A program made the translations under genes and the position numbers. This document shows positions 1 to 10,418 of a DNA stretch of 64,000 nt, in pieces (position 1 is the first letter of the stretch; each line of letters starts with the position of its first letter). The DNA is taken from NCBI GenBank assembly GCA_030652805.1, contig JAUSPT010000024.1, positions 37,050-101,049 on the forward strand, in the 5' to 3' direction. The DNA comes from a bacterium (GTDB lineage: Bacteria; JAHJDO01). Under the pieces are notes generated by a model. The model worked only from the letters and a program-made list of their open reading frames with translations. It was not told the origin of the DNA and ran no database searches.

Positions 1-210
1 CTTTCAGCATGGACAGACCTTTTTATATATCCCGGATATAAATTTAAAGTAGTGAACGCTATTATTACAAACTTTCATCTTCCAAAGTCAACGCTATTAA
101 TTTTAATACATGCTTTTGCGGGCAGAAAACTTATAACAAAGACATACAAAGAGGCAATTAAAAAGGAGTACAGGTTCTATAGTTATGGAGATGTGACGTT
201 TGTCACATAA
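1..210 (+). CDS. queA: S-adenosylmethionine:tRNA ribosyltransferase-isomerase, C-terminal fragment (5' truncated by window edge)
   Basis: Frame-1 translation ends ...[45 protein letters not shown], matching the conserved QueA C-terminus (HLPKSTL...YRFFSYGD). Confidence 0.55.
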   Translation, partial: LSAWTDLFIYPGYKFKVVNAIITNFHLPKSTLLILIHAFAGRKLITKTYKEAIKKEYRFYSYGDVTFVT

Positions 211-274
211 TAACTTGACAATCAATAGCCAATAACTATAATGCCAGCGATGAATTAAGAAATTGGGAGGAAGC

Positions 275-1015
275 ATGAAGCTTGGTGGAAAAACAGCAGT
301 TGTAACTGGTTCAGCTCAGGGTATTGGAAAGGAAATAGCGTGTAGTCTGGCAAAGGAGGGCGCAAATGTTGTAGTTTCCGATATAGATCTTGAACTTGCA
401 GAACAAACAGCAGCCGAGATAAGAAAAATGGGAAGAGAAACGCTGGTTATAAAAGCTGATGTTTCTATGCCAGAGGAAGCTGCAAACATTATAGAAAAAA
501 CGATTGACAAATTAGGAAGCCTGGATATACTCATCAACAATGCTGGAATAACCAGGGACAACTTTATTTTACGCATGAAGGATGAGGACTGGGATAAGGT
601 GTTAGCAATAAATCTTAAGGGGACATTTAACTGTATTAAAGCGGCTGCAAAAGTTATGTTAAAGCAAAGAAAAGGCAAAATAGTAAACATGGCATCCATT
701 ATAGGATTAATAGGCAATGCTGGGCAGGCGAATTATGCTGCCTCTAAAGCAGGTGTAATTGCCCTAACCAAGTCCGCTGCCAAAGAATTCGGCTCAAGAG
801 GAATAACTGTTAATGCTATAGCACCTGGTTTTATAAGCACAAGAATGACAGAAGTGCTTAAAGAAGATACAAAACAAAAAATGCTGGGCAATATTCCTCT
901 AGGTAGATTTGGCTTACCCACTGATGTTGCAAATCTTGTTTTATTTCTTGTCTCTGATGAAGCAAATTACATCACAGGACAGGTAATTAATGTAGACGGT
1001 GGAATGGTAACTTGA
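275..1015 (+). CDS. fabG: 3-oxoacyl-[ACP] reductase (SDR family)
   Basis: [19 protein letters not shown] Rossmann motif, NNAG, YAASKAG catalytic motif; GGGAGG RBS precedes ATG at 275 (ORF track begins at an upstream TTG); fabG-acpP-fabF synteny. Confidence 0.9.
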   Translation: MKLGGKTAVVTGSAQGIGKEIACSLAKEGANVVVSDIDLELAEQTAAEIRKMGRETLVIKADVSMPEEAANIIEKTIDKLGSLDILINNAGITRDNFILRMKDEDWDKVLAINLKGTFNCIKAAAKVMLKQRKGKIVNMASIIGLIGNAGQANYAASKAGVIALTKSAAKEFGSRGITVNAIAPGFISTRMTEVLKEDTKQKMLGNIPLGRFGLPTDVANLVLFLVSDEANYITGQVINVDGGMVT

Positions 1016-1043
1016 AGTTTTCAAAAAAAGGAGGAGATTGAGT

Positions 1044-1277
1044 ATGTCAAGTGAAAAAAGAGTGAAAGAGATTATTGTTGAACAGCTTGGTGTAAAGCCG
1101 GAAGAGGTTACTAATGAGGCATCTTTTGTTGATGATTTAGGCGCAGATTCATTAGATACAGTAGAACTTGTTATGGCACTTGAAGAGGAATTTGACATTG
1201 AAATACCCGATGAAGATGCAGAAAAGATTGTTACAGTTGTCGATGCGACAAACTACATAGATAAGCACGTCCAATAA
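1044..1277 (+). CDS. acpP: acyl carrier protein
   Basis: [20 protein letters not shown] phosphopantetheine-attachment motif; AAGGAGGAG RBS before ATG at 1044. Confidence 0.92.
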   Translation: MSSEKRVKEIIVEQLGVKPEEVTNEASFVDDLGADSLDTVELVMALEEEFDIEIPDEDAEKIVTVVDATNYIDKHVQ

Positions 1278-1296
1278 GAGCATTTCGGTTATAGTC

Positions 1297-2538
1297 ATGG
1301 AGAAAAATAGGGTTGTTATAACAGGTATAGGGGCGGTAACGCCTGTTGGTAATAATCCTGATATTTTTTGGAAAAACATATGCGATGGAAAGAGCGGGGT
1401 AGATCGCATCAGCTTGTTTGATCCATCAGATTTTGATAGCAAGATAGCTGGACAGATTAAAGATTTTGATTCTTCTATGTATCTTAGCCAAAAAGATATA
1501 AAAAGGATGGATCGTTTTGTGCAATTTGCTGTTGCCTGTAGTAAAATGGCTTTAGAGAATAGTGGATTAGATACAGATAAAGAGGATAAGAGCAGAATAG
1601 GTGTTCTTATAGGTTCTGGGATTGGCGGATTAAAGGTAATTGAAGATCAGCACAATGTGCTCTTGCAGAAAGGCCCTTCAAGGGTATCTCCTTTTCTTAT
1701 TCCGATGTTGATAATAGACATGGCTAGTGGACAAGTTGCAATTCAATTTGGTCTTAAAGGTCCGAATTTTGCGATTGCTACTGCGTGCGCTTCCGGCTCT
1801 CATGCAATAGGAGAGGCTTTTAGGATTATTCAAAGAGGAGAAGCAGATATAATGATAGCAGGGGGAACAGAGACTGCAATAACTCCTATTGGTGTTGCCG
1901 GCTTCTGTAAGATGAAGGCTCTTTCTACAAGAAATGATAAGCCTGAGAAAGCAAGCAGACCATTTGACAGGGATAGAGATGGTTTTGTAATTGGGGAAGG
2001 AGCAGGTATTCTGCTTCTTGAAGATTTGGATCATGCAACAAGGAGAGGTGCATACATTTATGCAGAATTAGCAGGTTTTGGTATGACTGCTGATGCATAT
2101 CATATAACATCTCCATCTCCTGAGGGTGAGGGAGCTGCGCAAGCAATGAAATTGGCTTTGGACGATGCGACGCTAAATCCTGAAGATATTGATTACATTA
2201 ATGCACATGGCACTTCAACCCCTTTCAATGACAGATGTGAGACAAAGGCTATTAAAACTGTATTCGGCAAGTATGCAAAAAACATACCTGTGAGTTCAAC
2301 GAAATCTATGACGGGTCATCTTTTAGGAGCGAGTGGAGGGGTTGAATTGATAACATGTGTCTTAAGCATAAAGCATGGCATTATTACTCCAACTATAAAC
2401 TATGAAAATCCGGATCCTGAATGTGATCTTGATTATGTGCCTAATACTGCGAGAGAATGCAAGGTTCAATATGCGATGTCAAATTCATTTGGTTTTGGCG
2501 GTCATAATTCAGCTTTAGTTGTAAAGAAATTTGAATAA
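1297..2538 (+). CDS. fabF: 3-oxoacyl-[ACP] synthase II
   Basis: KAS II hallmarks: active-site Cys in [30 protein letters not shown]; follows acpP. Confidence 0.92.
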   Translation: MEKNRVVITGIGAVTPVGNNPDIFWKNICDGKSGVDRISLFDPSDFDSKIAGQIKDFDSSMYLSQKDIKRMDRFVQFAVACSKMALENSGLDTDKEDKSRIGVLIGSGIGGLKVIEDQHNVLLQKGPSRVSPFLIPMLIIDMASGQVAIQFGLKGPNFAIATACASGSHAIGEAFRIIQRGEADIMIAGGTETAITPIGVAGFCKMKALSTRNDKPEKASRPFDRDRDGFVIGEGAGILLLEDLDHATRRGAYIYAELAGFGMTADAYHITSPSPEGEGAAQAMKLALDDATLNPEDIDYINAHGTSTPFNDRCETKAIKTVFGKYAKNIPVSSTKSMTGHLLGASGGVELITCVLSIKHGIITPTINYENPDPECDLDYVPNTARECKVQYAMSNSFGFGGHNSALVVKKFE

Positions 2539-2572
2539 TGATGATTTCTAAAATTTCAAGGAGACAATAGTT

Positions 2573-4486
2573 ATGAAAAAACTTTCAATATTCTTATTAA
2601 TATTTTCAGTAATCTTAACCAGTGTAACTCCTGCATATAGTTGGCCGTGGTCCAGAAATCGTCGTCCGCTTCCGCCCAAAACAGCAACAATCCAAGGCAG
2701 AGTAACAAATTCCCTAACAAATCAAGCCATATCCGGCGCAGCAGTCCGAGCAGGCAGTTACAGAGCCAGTACAAATGCAAATGGGCAGTATGTAATAAAA
2801 AATATTAATGTATGGTTCTGGGGAAGAATATATAGAGTAAGCGCATCAGCAAATGGATATTACTCAAGTTCTAAATGGATATATGTGAGAGCAGGAAGAA
2901 CATACACATTAAACTTCAGATTAAGACCCAAAAAACCGCTAATATTAGTCAAGATAACTTCCCCTGAAGACAATTCATACATAAGCGGGTCAAGCTTAGA
3001 TGTAAAAGTAGCATGGCAGGGCAGAGCAGGAATAATAGACTTATATTTAGATAATAGTTTAGCTGGAAGCTACAGAACATGGCGCTGGTGGCATAGAACA
3101 GGAATTCATACATTTAAAATAGACATTTCAGTTCAACAAGATGGAGAGCACAAGCTCAAAGCAATAGCATACAGATCACACATGAGAAAAGGCTACAAAG
3201 CAGAGTCTAAAGAGATAACATTCGTGTTAGATAACACCTCCCCTGTAATTTCAGCTCTATTACCAGAAGATAACGCTTTAATTAACAACAACCAGCCAGA
3301 GATCTCAGCAGTGTTGTCGGATGCTACAAGCGGGATTGGCAAAGAGACAATCATATTGAAACTTGATGATGCAGAAGTGACTTCAGCTTATGATGAGGTA
3401 ACAGGGGAACTAAGTTATACACCAGAAACAGCGCTTGAAGACGGAATTCATACAGTTTCTATTGAGGTAAAGGATAGAGCGGAAAATGAAGCAAGTGCAA
3501 GCTCAACATTTAGAGTGGAAACAGACACAACACCGCCAAGCATAACTGATTTATCTCCAAAAGACGCTTCCACAATCTACTACACAACGCCAAAAATCTC
3601 AGTAAAATATTCTGATGATAAATCAGGTATAGATAAAACCACAGTAAAGATGTTGGTAAACGCAGTAGATGTAACAGCAAGCAGTATAATTACAGATGAA
3701 GGTATTTCGTACAAACCTACAGAAGAACTCACAGAAGGCGGAGTAACAGTAAATATAGAGGTGAAAGACAAGGCAGGGAATCTAGCAACGAAGGAATTTA
3801 GTTTTGAGATAAAGATATTGACAGCGGAAGATCTTTTGCAGGCAGTAAAGAATAATCACGACTCAATTACCAGTATGAAGACAGACTATACTGTTGAATC
3901 GTTGTTAAATTCAGAGCCTGTTCTTGAGACGCAGTATGTAAGGTGTTTTTACAAAGACCCTTCAAAAACGAAGTTATATACTTATGAAGATTCAGATATG
4001 ACAAACAAGCTGAGTATATTAATAATGGATGATACAAGCATATACGATGTAGATCCAAACACAGGAGATATAGACGAAGTAAATACTTTTGAAGCAGAGG
4101 GGCTTGGAATTGAGTTTGAAGCATACGGTGATACAGAACTGTTTTTTGAATCTCATGACGTAACCAGTGAGACAATAGATGGAATGAGTGGCATAGGAGA
4201 AATAACAGCAGTCCCTGAGAATGCCAATGATACCTATTCCAAGATAAAGTTAAAAATAGATTATCCCAAAGAGATTATCGTAGGAATGTCTTTTTATGAC
4301 AATGATGATGAATATATAAGCGGATTTGAGGTAGTTGAAGCTGTAGAGATTGACGGTATCTGGGTTCCAAAGAAAGTAATTGAAACACCTGCGTTAGAAG
4401 GGATGCAGGTTATTCAAACATACAGTAACATTGAAATAAATGTTGATATTCCTAATGACGCATTTGATCCGGGAAAGCAGTTATGA
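2573..4486 (+). CDS. secreted multidomain protein (signal peptide, carboxypeptidase-regulatory-like beta-sandwich, repeated Ig-like domains, C-terminal LolA-like fold?)
   Basis: N-terminal MKKLSIFLLIFSVILTSVTPAYS signal peptide; GRVTN...NGQYVIKNI CarbopepD_reg-like motif; repeated TPP..T/S-rich ~90 aa modules. Confidence 0.6.
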   Translation: MKKLSIFLLIFSVILTSVTPAYSWPWSRNRRPLPPKTATIQGRVTNSLTNQAISGAAVRAGSYRASTNANGQYVIKNINVWFWGRIYRVSASANGYYSSSKWIYVRAGRTYTLNFRLRPKKPLILVKITSPEDNSYISGSSLDVKVAWQGRAGIIDLYLDNSLAGSYRTWRWWHRTGIHTFKIDISVQQDGEHKLKAIAYRSHMRKGYKAESKEITFVLDNTSPVISALLPEDNALINNNQPEISAVLSDATSGIGKETIILKLDDAEVTSAYDEVTGELSYTPETALEDGIHTVSIEVKDRAENEASASSTFRVETDTTPPSITDLSPKDASTIYYTTPKISVKYSDDKSGIDKTTVKMLVNAVDVTASSIITDEGISYKPTEELTEGGVTVNIEVKDKAGNLATKEFSFEIKILTAEDLLQAVKNNHDSITSMKTDYTVESLLNSEPVLETQYVRCFYKDPSKTKLYTYEDSDMTNKLSILIMDDTSIYDVDPNTGDIDEVNTFEAEGLGIEFEAYGDTELFFESHDVTSETIDGMSGIGEITAVPENANDTYSKIKLKIDYPKEIIVGMSFYDNDDEYISGFEVVEAVEIDGIWVPKKVIETPALEGMQVIQTYSNIEINVDIPNDAFDPGKQL

Positions 4487-5466
4487 AAAAAATTAGTTTA
4501 TTACTATTTATACTCACAATATGTTTAGCTGTAACTATACCTTCTTACGCAAAAAGGCTAAAAGGATGTGATTATGTAAGTTATCATAGTCCCTGCTGGA
4601 TGCCTGATTCAAAACATATCGTGTACATAAAACATATAAGTCATCACAAGTATCGTTATGGCTGGCTGGCTGCGGTGAGCAAGAGCGGAGATTTATGGGT
4701 GGGAAACGATTATTATATCTACAAGATGAATGTAGAGACGAAAAAAGAAGAGATAATTAAAAAATATTTTTCAAAGGTAGATCAGATAAAGTCTAAGTAT
4801 GAGTATTTTGTTGACGAGAACGGAAAAGCAAAGAGATTTCCATATAAAATGGAATCTTTTAAGATAGATTGTTCTAAAGACGGGAAATGGATATGTTTTA
4901 ATTCGGGGACGTTGCATCTTTTAAGCGCAGACGGAAAGATATTAAAAAAACTGCCTGTAGCTGGTGGCATCCCCAAATTTTCCCCGGATGGCAAAAGAAT
5001 ACTTTACGGTGTTTCTAGTGATGTAAGAACACATGAAGGAAAATATGTATGCAAGAAAGACGATTTAAGACTGATAGATGTAGATGGAGAAAATGACAGA
5101 TTATTGGTTGAAAATGCTACACATGGCATCTGGCATCCAAGCGGAGAGAAAATAGGATATCACAGAGAAAAAGATAAAATAGATTTCTGGACAGTAAATG
5201 TTGATGGAACGAATAAAAAAGCCGAGTTCAAAGCAAATTGTTATCCATGTGATTGGTCGCCTGATGGTGGGTATATAAACACTGTGGGAAGATTTCTCGA
5301 TATGCAAGGAAAGAGAATGAAGACAGGTTTTAAAAGTATTCCCTCATATGGAAAATTTTCACCTGATGGACTCAAAATGGTTGGAGAAAGTTTAGGCATA
5401 ACTTTCTCCAAAATTGGAGACGAAAAAGAAACGGTATTGCTTAAAGATTATTCAAAGGAATATTAA
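4483..5466 (+). CDS. lipoprotein/secreted TolB-like beta-propeller (PD40 repeats) protein
   Basis: Signal peptide MKKISLLLFILTICLAVTIPSYA; repeated SPDGK/WSPDG PD40-like motifs; start overlaps upstream stop (ATGA). Confidence 0.55.
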   Translation: MKKISLLLFILTICLAVTIPSYAKRLKGCDYVSYHSPCWMPDSKHIVYIKHISHHKYRYGWLAAVSKSGDLWVGNDYYIYKMNVETKKEEIIKKYFSKVDQIKSKYEYFVDENGKAKRFPYKMESFKIDCSKDGKWICFNSGTLHLLSADGKILKKLPVAGGIPKFSPDGKRILYGVSSDVRTHEGKYVCKKDDLRLIDVDGENDRLLVENATHGIWHPSGEKIGYHREKDKIDFWTVNVDGTNKKAEFKANCYPCDWSPDGGYINTVGRFLDMQGKRMKTGFKSIPSYGKFSPDGLKMVGESLGITFSKIGDEKETVLLKDYSKEY

Positions 5467-5481
5467 ATACGGGAGAGAAAG

Positions 5482-8187
5482 ATGAGAAATAAGAGATTTA
5501 ATTTTCTAATAATATTATTGTGTACGATGTTTTTGTTCACATCTTTTTCAATAGAGGCAGACCAATTATACACAACGGAAACTGCTTGGGAGGATAATCT
5601 GGATGTTTACCGTCCTTGTCCTGTATTATTCCTTCACGGTTTTGCAGCAGGTTCGCCGGAAACATGGCAAAAGGTAGTAGATAACCTTAAAACTCATCAT
5701 TTTGATTTCTATTATAGGGGAGAGAAGTATGGACACAGTTTTGGTAATAAAGTTAGTCCGTATCTAGAATCTATTCAATTCTTCAATGAAGCTGATGAAC
5801 CGGTGGTAGGCAAGAACAACTCCGTAGATACATACAAAGCGGGAGACTGTTATGTGGACAGAGGCTTGAGGGATATAAATGATCCGGGTGGAGCTAATAA
5901 GGTTTACTATTGGCTGCACAAACGTGTTCCAGATGGTGTTAATGACAGATTATCTTTTCTTGATAAGGAATCCACTCCAATAATTGGGACTTATACAGTT
6001 GACAGTGAAAAGCCAAAGGTAAACATGATTTGCCACAGTCTGGGAGGATTGTCTGCAAGGCAGTTTTTGAAACAGTATGGGGATGAAAATGTGGCGAAGC
6101 TGATAACCGTGGGCACTCCTCATTTAGGCTCTCCTCTTGCTGCAGCGGCGCATGGTGGATATGTGGGAACTCAGCTTATAGCCAAGGCAATTGCATCTAC
6201 ATTCTATATTCCAAGACTATCAAAAATTCTAATTCCAAAGATTGAGGGAGCCTCATTATGGCCGCCAAAGATTAAGATAGGCATCAGAAAATCCACTTTT
6301 ACTTCCTATGTTTCAGGTATAAAAAACACACGCGTTAATCTTCCTGATTTAGCAGATATTGATATTCAGGGAGACGCAGTAAGCGATTTGGTACCCGGAT
6401 GTGAATTTTTAAATCAGCTAAATAGTTCTGTTCCTGGCGGTCCGAAATATTACTGCGTTTACGGGCAGTATTCTGCAATTCCATATATTCATATTGGAGT
6501 CAATGCGATAGGTGGAGATATGGTAGTTCCTGTAGCCAGCCAGAGAGCCGATGGAGTGGGAATTCCATGGAAGGAAATGAAGAGGATTTATACATATCAT
6601 TCAAACGAAGGAGCCACTTTAGCGGAGAATGATTGTAAAACTCTTTTAGGATTCCTTGATGATACAGAACCAGTCCTTGACTTAGTCCGAGTTTTAGAAT
6701 CAAAAGACATAAATCTTTCAACGCTTCCTGAAAGGCCGGAAGGAGATTGGGACAATGAAGACACTGACTGGAGACAGCACTCAGCAGGTGGAAGTGTAAT
6801 AGAACTGGATATATTGAAATATGGCAAGGTTTACATCGAAGGTAAAGTTGACAACGAATATCTTCCTGCAACAAGTGAAGTAAAGATAGCAGTTTTTAAA
6901 AGGGATAAAAATCAATCAGCCACTTATGATGAAGATGAATTAGAATACTGGGGGTATGAATCTGATGATTTTGGCTATGTAACAAAGAAATGGAGTAATC
7001 TTGAAGAAGCAAAAGAGACTAGATGTTTAAAGCCTTATGCAAATCAGATACCAGCACCAGCAGGATTCAGATATAAGGTAGAATTTAATTTTAAAGACCC
7101 AGATAAACCAGAACCTGGAATATATGAAGCAAAAGTCTTCGTTGAAAACCCAGCAGGCTTGAAATCAGAGGTAAAATCTTTAAAAGTAACGTTTTTTGAC
7201 AGTAGCACAGGATTAGATTGCGGATATTGGAATGGTAGTTTTGCCTTTATCCATAAAAATGCCTATGAACCGCCTATGATTTATAAACATCCAAATTATG
7301 AGCTAATAGATATAGAGTGTCCAGAGTTGTTGCCTTTACGTGGTAATTACTTAAGTGATAAATGGTATTATGATGGTGATAGTTGGAATGAGATCTATGA
7401 GCCAGACTGGGGTGAAGGGGATTGGAGTGATAGAGGGACAAGCTCTATACAAACCACAGGTAATGAACCTTATGGTAAAATAACTAAATTAGGTAAAGAG
7501 ATAAACGTCGATGGCGAAAACAGATATTATTTTAAAGCGCGCATTTGGCTTCTTTCTGGTGGAGTATGGAGTTATACTGACCATATAGGTGGTTATGTTT
7601 ATGATGGACAGTGCTATGAAGAGGGATGGGCGTACGCTAGTGGAGGAGTACAAGGTGCATGGAAATGGGGCAATGATATATGTTATTTAGCGGCACATGG
7701 TACTTCTCATGGTACTTATGCTATGTATTGTAAAAATGGGGTTTATTTAGGTACAAGTTTATTCTCATATCGTGGAATTGGTCTTACAGTTTGTCCCAAT
7801 TTAGTTTATGCAAGAGCTACTTCTTATTATGCACGGGCTGATTATGGTCTTGCTAGACCAGATGGAATAATAACCTTAGAGAGGATAGGTCATATACCTC
7901 CTTATTATGGCTCTTATCACGCTTTGTCTAATGGTTGTTTGCGAATTAAAAGCACTTCTCAACGTCAATATGAGTATTATATTGATGCTGTAAAAAATAG
8001 TGGCACTTACTCTTTGCCTCAATATAACGGATATGAGTTTAGCGGCATAAGTTTCTATCGTAACAGTGGGAATGAAGTTATTGCGATAGTAAGTAGTTGG
8101 CAACATCCTGATGAAGATATGACAAGAATAATGAGCTTTAATCCCATAACAAATAGCTGGACAGATTATGGAGAAGTTCCGTGGTAA
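5482..8187 (+). CDS. secreted alpha/beta-hydrolase (lipase/esterase-like) with large W/Y/G-rich C-terminal domain
   Basis: Signal peptide; lipase nucleophile elbow CHSLGG (G-H-S-L-G) at aa ~185; PGAP1/lipase class 2-like N-terminus; ~600 aa C-terminal region of unknown fold. Confidence 0.6.
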   Translation: MRNKRFNFLIILLCTMFLFTSFSIEADQLYTTETAWEDNLDVYRPCPVLFLHGFAAGSPETWQKVVDNLKTHHFDFYYRGEKYGHSFGNKVSPYLESIQFFNEADEPVVGKNNSVDTYKAGDCYVDRGLRDINDPGGANKVYYWLHKRVPDGVNDRLSFLDKESTPIIGTYTVDSEKPKVNMICHSLGGLSARQFLKQYGDENVAKLITVGTPHLGSPLAAAAHGGYVGTQLIAKAIASTFYIPRLSKILIPKIEGASLWPPKIKIGIRKSTFTSYVSGIKNTRVNLPDLADIDIQGDAVSDLVPGCEFLNQLNSSVPGGPKYYCVYGQYSAIPYIHIGVNAIGGDMVVPVASQRADGVGIPWKEMKRIYTYHSNEGATLAENDCKTLLGFLDDTEPVLDLVRVLESKDINLSTLPERPEGDWDNEDTDWRQHSAGGSVIELDILKYGKVYIEGKVDNEYLPATSEVKIAVFKRDKNQSATYDEDELEYWGYESDDFGYVTKKWSNLEEAKETRCLKPYANQIPAPAGFRYKVEFNFKDPDKPEPGIYEAKVFVENPAGLKSEVKSLKVTFFDSSTGLDCGYWNGSFAFIHKNAYEPPMIYKHPNYELIDIECPELLPLRGNYLSDKWYYDGDSWNEIYEPDWGEGDWSDRGTSSIQTTGNEPYGKITKLGKEINVDGENRYYFKARIWLLSGGVWSYTDHIGGYVYDGQCYEEGWAYASGGVQGAWKWGNDICYLAAHGTSHGTYAMYCKNGVYLGTSLFSYRGIGLTVCPNLVYARATSYYARADYGLARPDGIITLERIGHIPPYYGSYHALSNGCLRIKSTSQRQYEYYIDAVKNSGTYSLPQYNGYEFSGISFYRNSGNEVIAIVSSWQHPDEDMTRIMSFNPITNSWTDYGEVPW

Positions 8188-8273
8188 AGAAAATTGGAGG
8201 CATAACCCATTACAACGCTAACACTCGCAATGACTTGGCAGGATAGGAATAATTAACCTAAGGAGATAGACAT

Positions 8274-9413
8274 ATGGATTTTAGTTTAACAGAAGAACAG
8301 CAGATGATGCTTGAGGAAGTTAAGAAAGTTTGTAAAGAAAAAATAGCTCCAAGAGCAGAGGAGGTTGACGAAAAAGGTGAATTCCCGAAAGAGAACATTG
8401 ATCTTTTGGCCAATATGGATTTACTTGGGCTTGTTATCCCTGAGGAATATGGCGGTCTTGGCATGGGTTTTTTAACATGGGCTCTTGTTGCTGAGGAGAT
8501 TTCAAAAGCATGTGGAACAACAGGTCTTATTTTTGGAGCTAATTTGCTTTGTGTGTATCCACTGATGACTTTTGGCACAGAAGAGCAAAAGAAAAAATAT
8601 CTGCCGTCTCTGGCAAAGGATAAGCTCGCAGCGTTTGCTCTCACTGAGCCGGAAGCAGGCTCTGACGCTGGAAACGTCAAGACAACCGCAAAGCTTGAAG
8701 GAGATCAATATATAATAAATGGCAGAAAGATCTTTAATACGAATGGTGGAGAAGCAAGCATCTATATTATTATTGCAAGTACACATCCGGCTCAGGGGCC
8801 TCGCGGTCTGAGTGCGTTCATAGTCGAGGAAGACACTCCTGGATTTACAATAGGGCAAAAGTTTAACAAGATGGGGTTCAGTGCACTTCCGAATGTAGAA
8901 CTTGTTTTTGATGATTGTAAGGTGCCAAAAGAAAATCTATTATTAAAAGAAAGACGTGGTTTTCGAGTTGCAATGGAAACATTTGATGCAGGCAGAATCG
9001 GAGTTGGCATAGGCGCGCTTGGCATTGCTGAGGCAGCGTTCGAAGCCGCTCTCAAATACGCAAAGGAAAGAGTGCAATTTGGAAAGCCGATAGCCTCTTT
9101 TCAGGCGATTCAACATATTTTGGCTGATATGGCAACAGAGATTGAGGCAGTAAAATTGATACTTTATAAATCAGCATGGCTTAAGGACCAGAATCAGCCT
9201 TTTGAAAAATATGCTTCAATGGGAAAACTAAAGGCTTCAGAAGTTGCTATGCACGTATCTACAAAAGCTGTGCAGGTTTTTGGCGGATACGGATATATGA
9301 AGGAATATCCTGTGCAGAGGTATATGAGAGAAGCCAAACTGTTTGAAATAATAGAAGGCACCTCTGAAATCCAACGCAGTGTTATTGCAAACTTTTTATT
9401 AAAGGGACGTTAA
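8274..9413 (+). CDS. acyl-CoA dehydrogenase (short/medium chain)
   Basis: ACAD family motifs (LTEPEAGSDAG, GGYGYMKEYPVQRYMREAKLFEI.EGTSEIQ). Confidence 0.88.
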   Translation: MDFSLTEEQQMMLEEVKKVCKEKIAPRAEEVDEKGEFPKENIDLLANMDLLGLVIPEEYGGLGMGFLTWALVAEEISKACGTTGLIFGANLLCVYPLMTFGTEEQKKKYLPSLAKDKLAAFALTEPEAGSDAGNVKTTAKLEGDQYIINGRKIFNTNGGEASIYIIIASTHPAQGPRGLSAFIVEEDTPGFTIGQKFNKMGFSALPNVELVFDDCKVPKENLLLKERRGFRVAMETFDAGRIGVGIGALGIAEAAFEAALKYAKERVQFGKPIASFQAIQHILADMATEIEAVKLILYKSAWLKDQNQPFEKYASMGKLKASEVAMHVSTKAVQVFGGYGYMKEYPVQRYMREAKLFEIIEGTSEIQRSVIANFLLKGR

Positions 9414-9416
9414 ATC

Positions 9417-10208
9417 ATGCAGTTCATTGTTTGTATAAAACAAGTTCCTGATACTGAAGAGATAAACAATGTTAAAATAGATTCCCAGACAAACACAATG
9501 ATTAGAGAAGGGATAAAGAATGTTATAAATCCCTTTGATGAGAACGCAATTGAGGAAGCTCTTAAGTTAAGAGAAAAATATGGAGGCAAGGTCACTGTTA
9601 TCAGCATGGGGCCTCCACAGGTAGAGGCTGCGCTTAAATCTGCTCTGGCAATGGGTGCAGATGAAGCGATACTTATTTGCGATAGAGCATTTGCTGGTTC
9701 AGATACACTTGCTACATCATACACATTGGCTCAAGCCATAAATAAAATAGGGAAGTTTGACATTGTATTATTTGGTAAACAGGCTATAGATGGTGATACT
9801 GCCCAGGTTGGACCTGGTGTTGCAGAACAGCTCGGTATAGCGCAAATAACATATGCCCGAAAAATAGAGATTAATGACAATATATTAAGGGCTGAGAGAG
9901 CATTAGAGAATTCTTTTGAGGTTGTAGAGGTAAAGCTTCCATGCGCGGTGACAGTTACAAAAGAGATTAATGAACCACGTTATGCTTCGATGAAGGGGCT
10001 TCTTATGGCAAGGAAAAAGCAGATTCATGTTTGGAGCGCTGAGGACTTGGATGTTGATAAGGACAAGATAGGGCTGGATGGTTCTCCTACTCAGGTAGTT
10101 AAAATATTCACTCCACAGACAAAACATGAAGGTGAAATTCTGGATGGGACATCTTCAGAAGTTGTAGATAAACTTGTTTCAAAATTAACAGAACATAAGC
10201 TTTTCTAA
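9417..10208 (+). CDS. etfB: electron transfer flavoprotein beta subunit
   Basis: MQFIVCIKQVPDT...NPFDENAIEEAL, ETF-beta signature; follows the ACAD; no etfA follows (tRNAs instead). Confidence 0.88.
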   Translation: MQFIVCIKQVPDTEEINNVKIDSQTNTMIREGIKNVINPFDENAIEEALKLREKYGGKVTVISMGPPQVEAALKSALAMGADEAILICDRAFAGSDTLATSYTLAQAINKIGKFDIVLFGKQAIDGDTAQVGPGVAEQLGIAQITYARKIEINDNILRAERALENSFEVVEVKLPCAVTVTKEINEPRYASMKGLLMARKKQIHVWSAEDLDVDKDKIGLDGSPTQVVKIFTPQTKHEGEILDGTSSEVVDKLVSKLTEHKLF

Positions 10209-10230
10209 TCTTTTATCCTCAAACTAACAT

Positions 10231-10304
10231 GTGCCTGTAGCTCAGTTGGATAGAGCGTTGGGTTGCGGACCCAAAGGTCGGAGGTTCAAATCCTCTCAGG
10301 CATG
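10231..10304 (+). tRNA. tRNA-Arg (anticodon GCG as parsed)
   Basis: Cloverleaf folded by hand: acceptor GTGCCTG/CAGGCAT (G1:U72), D-arm GCTC/GAGC, anticodon stem TTGGG/CCCAA, loop TTGCGGA, T-loop TTCAAAT. Confidence 0.6.
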
Positions 10305-10311
10305 CCGCAAT

Positions 10312-10398
10312 GGAGAGATCGCGTAGCCTGGCTTAGCGCGCACGCTTGGAAAGCGTGTAACCTGAAAGGGTTCGAGGGTTCAAATCCCTCTCTCTCCG
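10312..10398 (+). tRNA. tRNA-Ser (anticodon GGA), long variable arm
   Basis: Acceptor GGAGAGA/TCTCTCC, anticodon stem CACGC/GCGTG loop TTGGAAA, long variable arm, T-loop TTCAAAT, discriminator G. Confidence 0.75.
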
Positions 10399-10418
10399 CC
10401 GGTTTCTTTCAGCTTCTT

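Noticed and set aside
316-1198. Minus-strand ORFs inside fabG/acpP (316-717, 733-921, 941-1198). Many similar antisense ORFs lie inside other long genes (e.g. 1678-2034, 6500-6874, 8258-8680, 34799-35374, 50580-51292).
   Set aside because: Shadow ORFs with low-complexity S/L/P-rich translations, fully overlapping well-supported conserved genes
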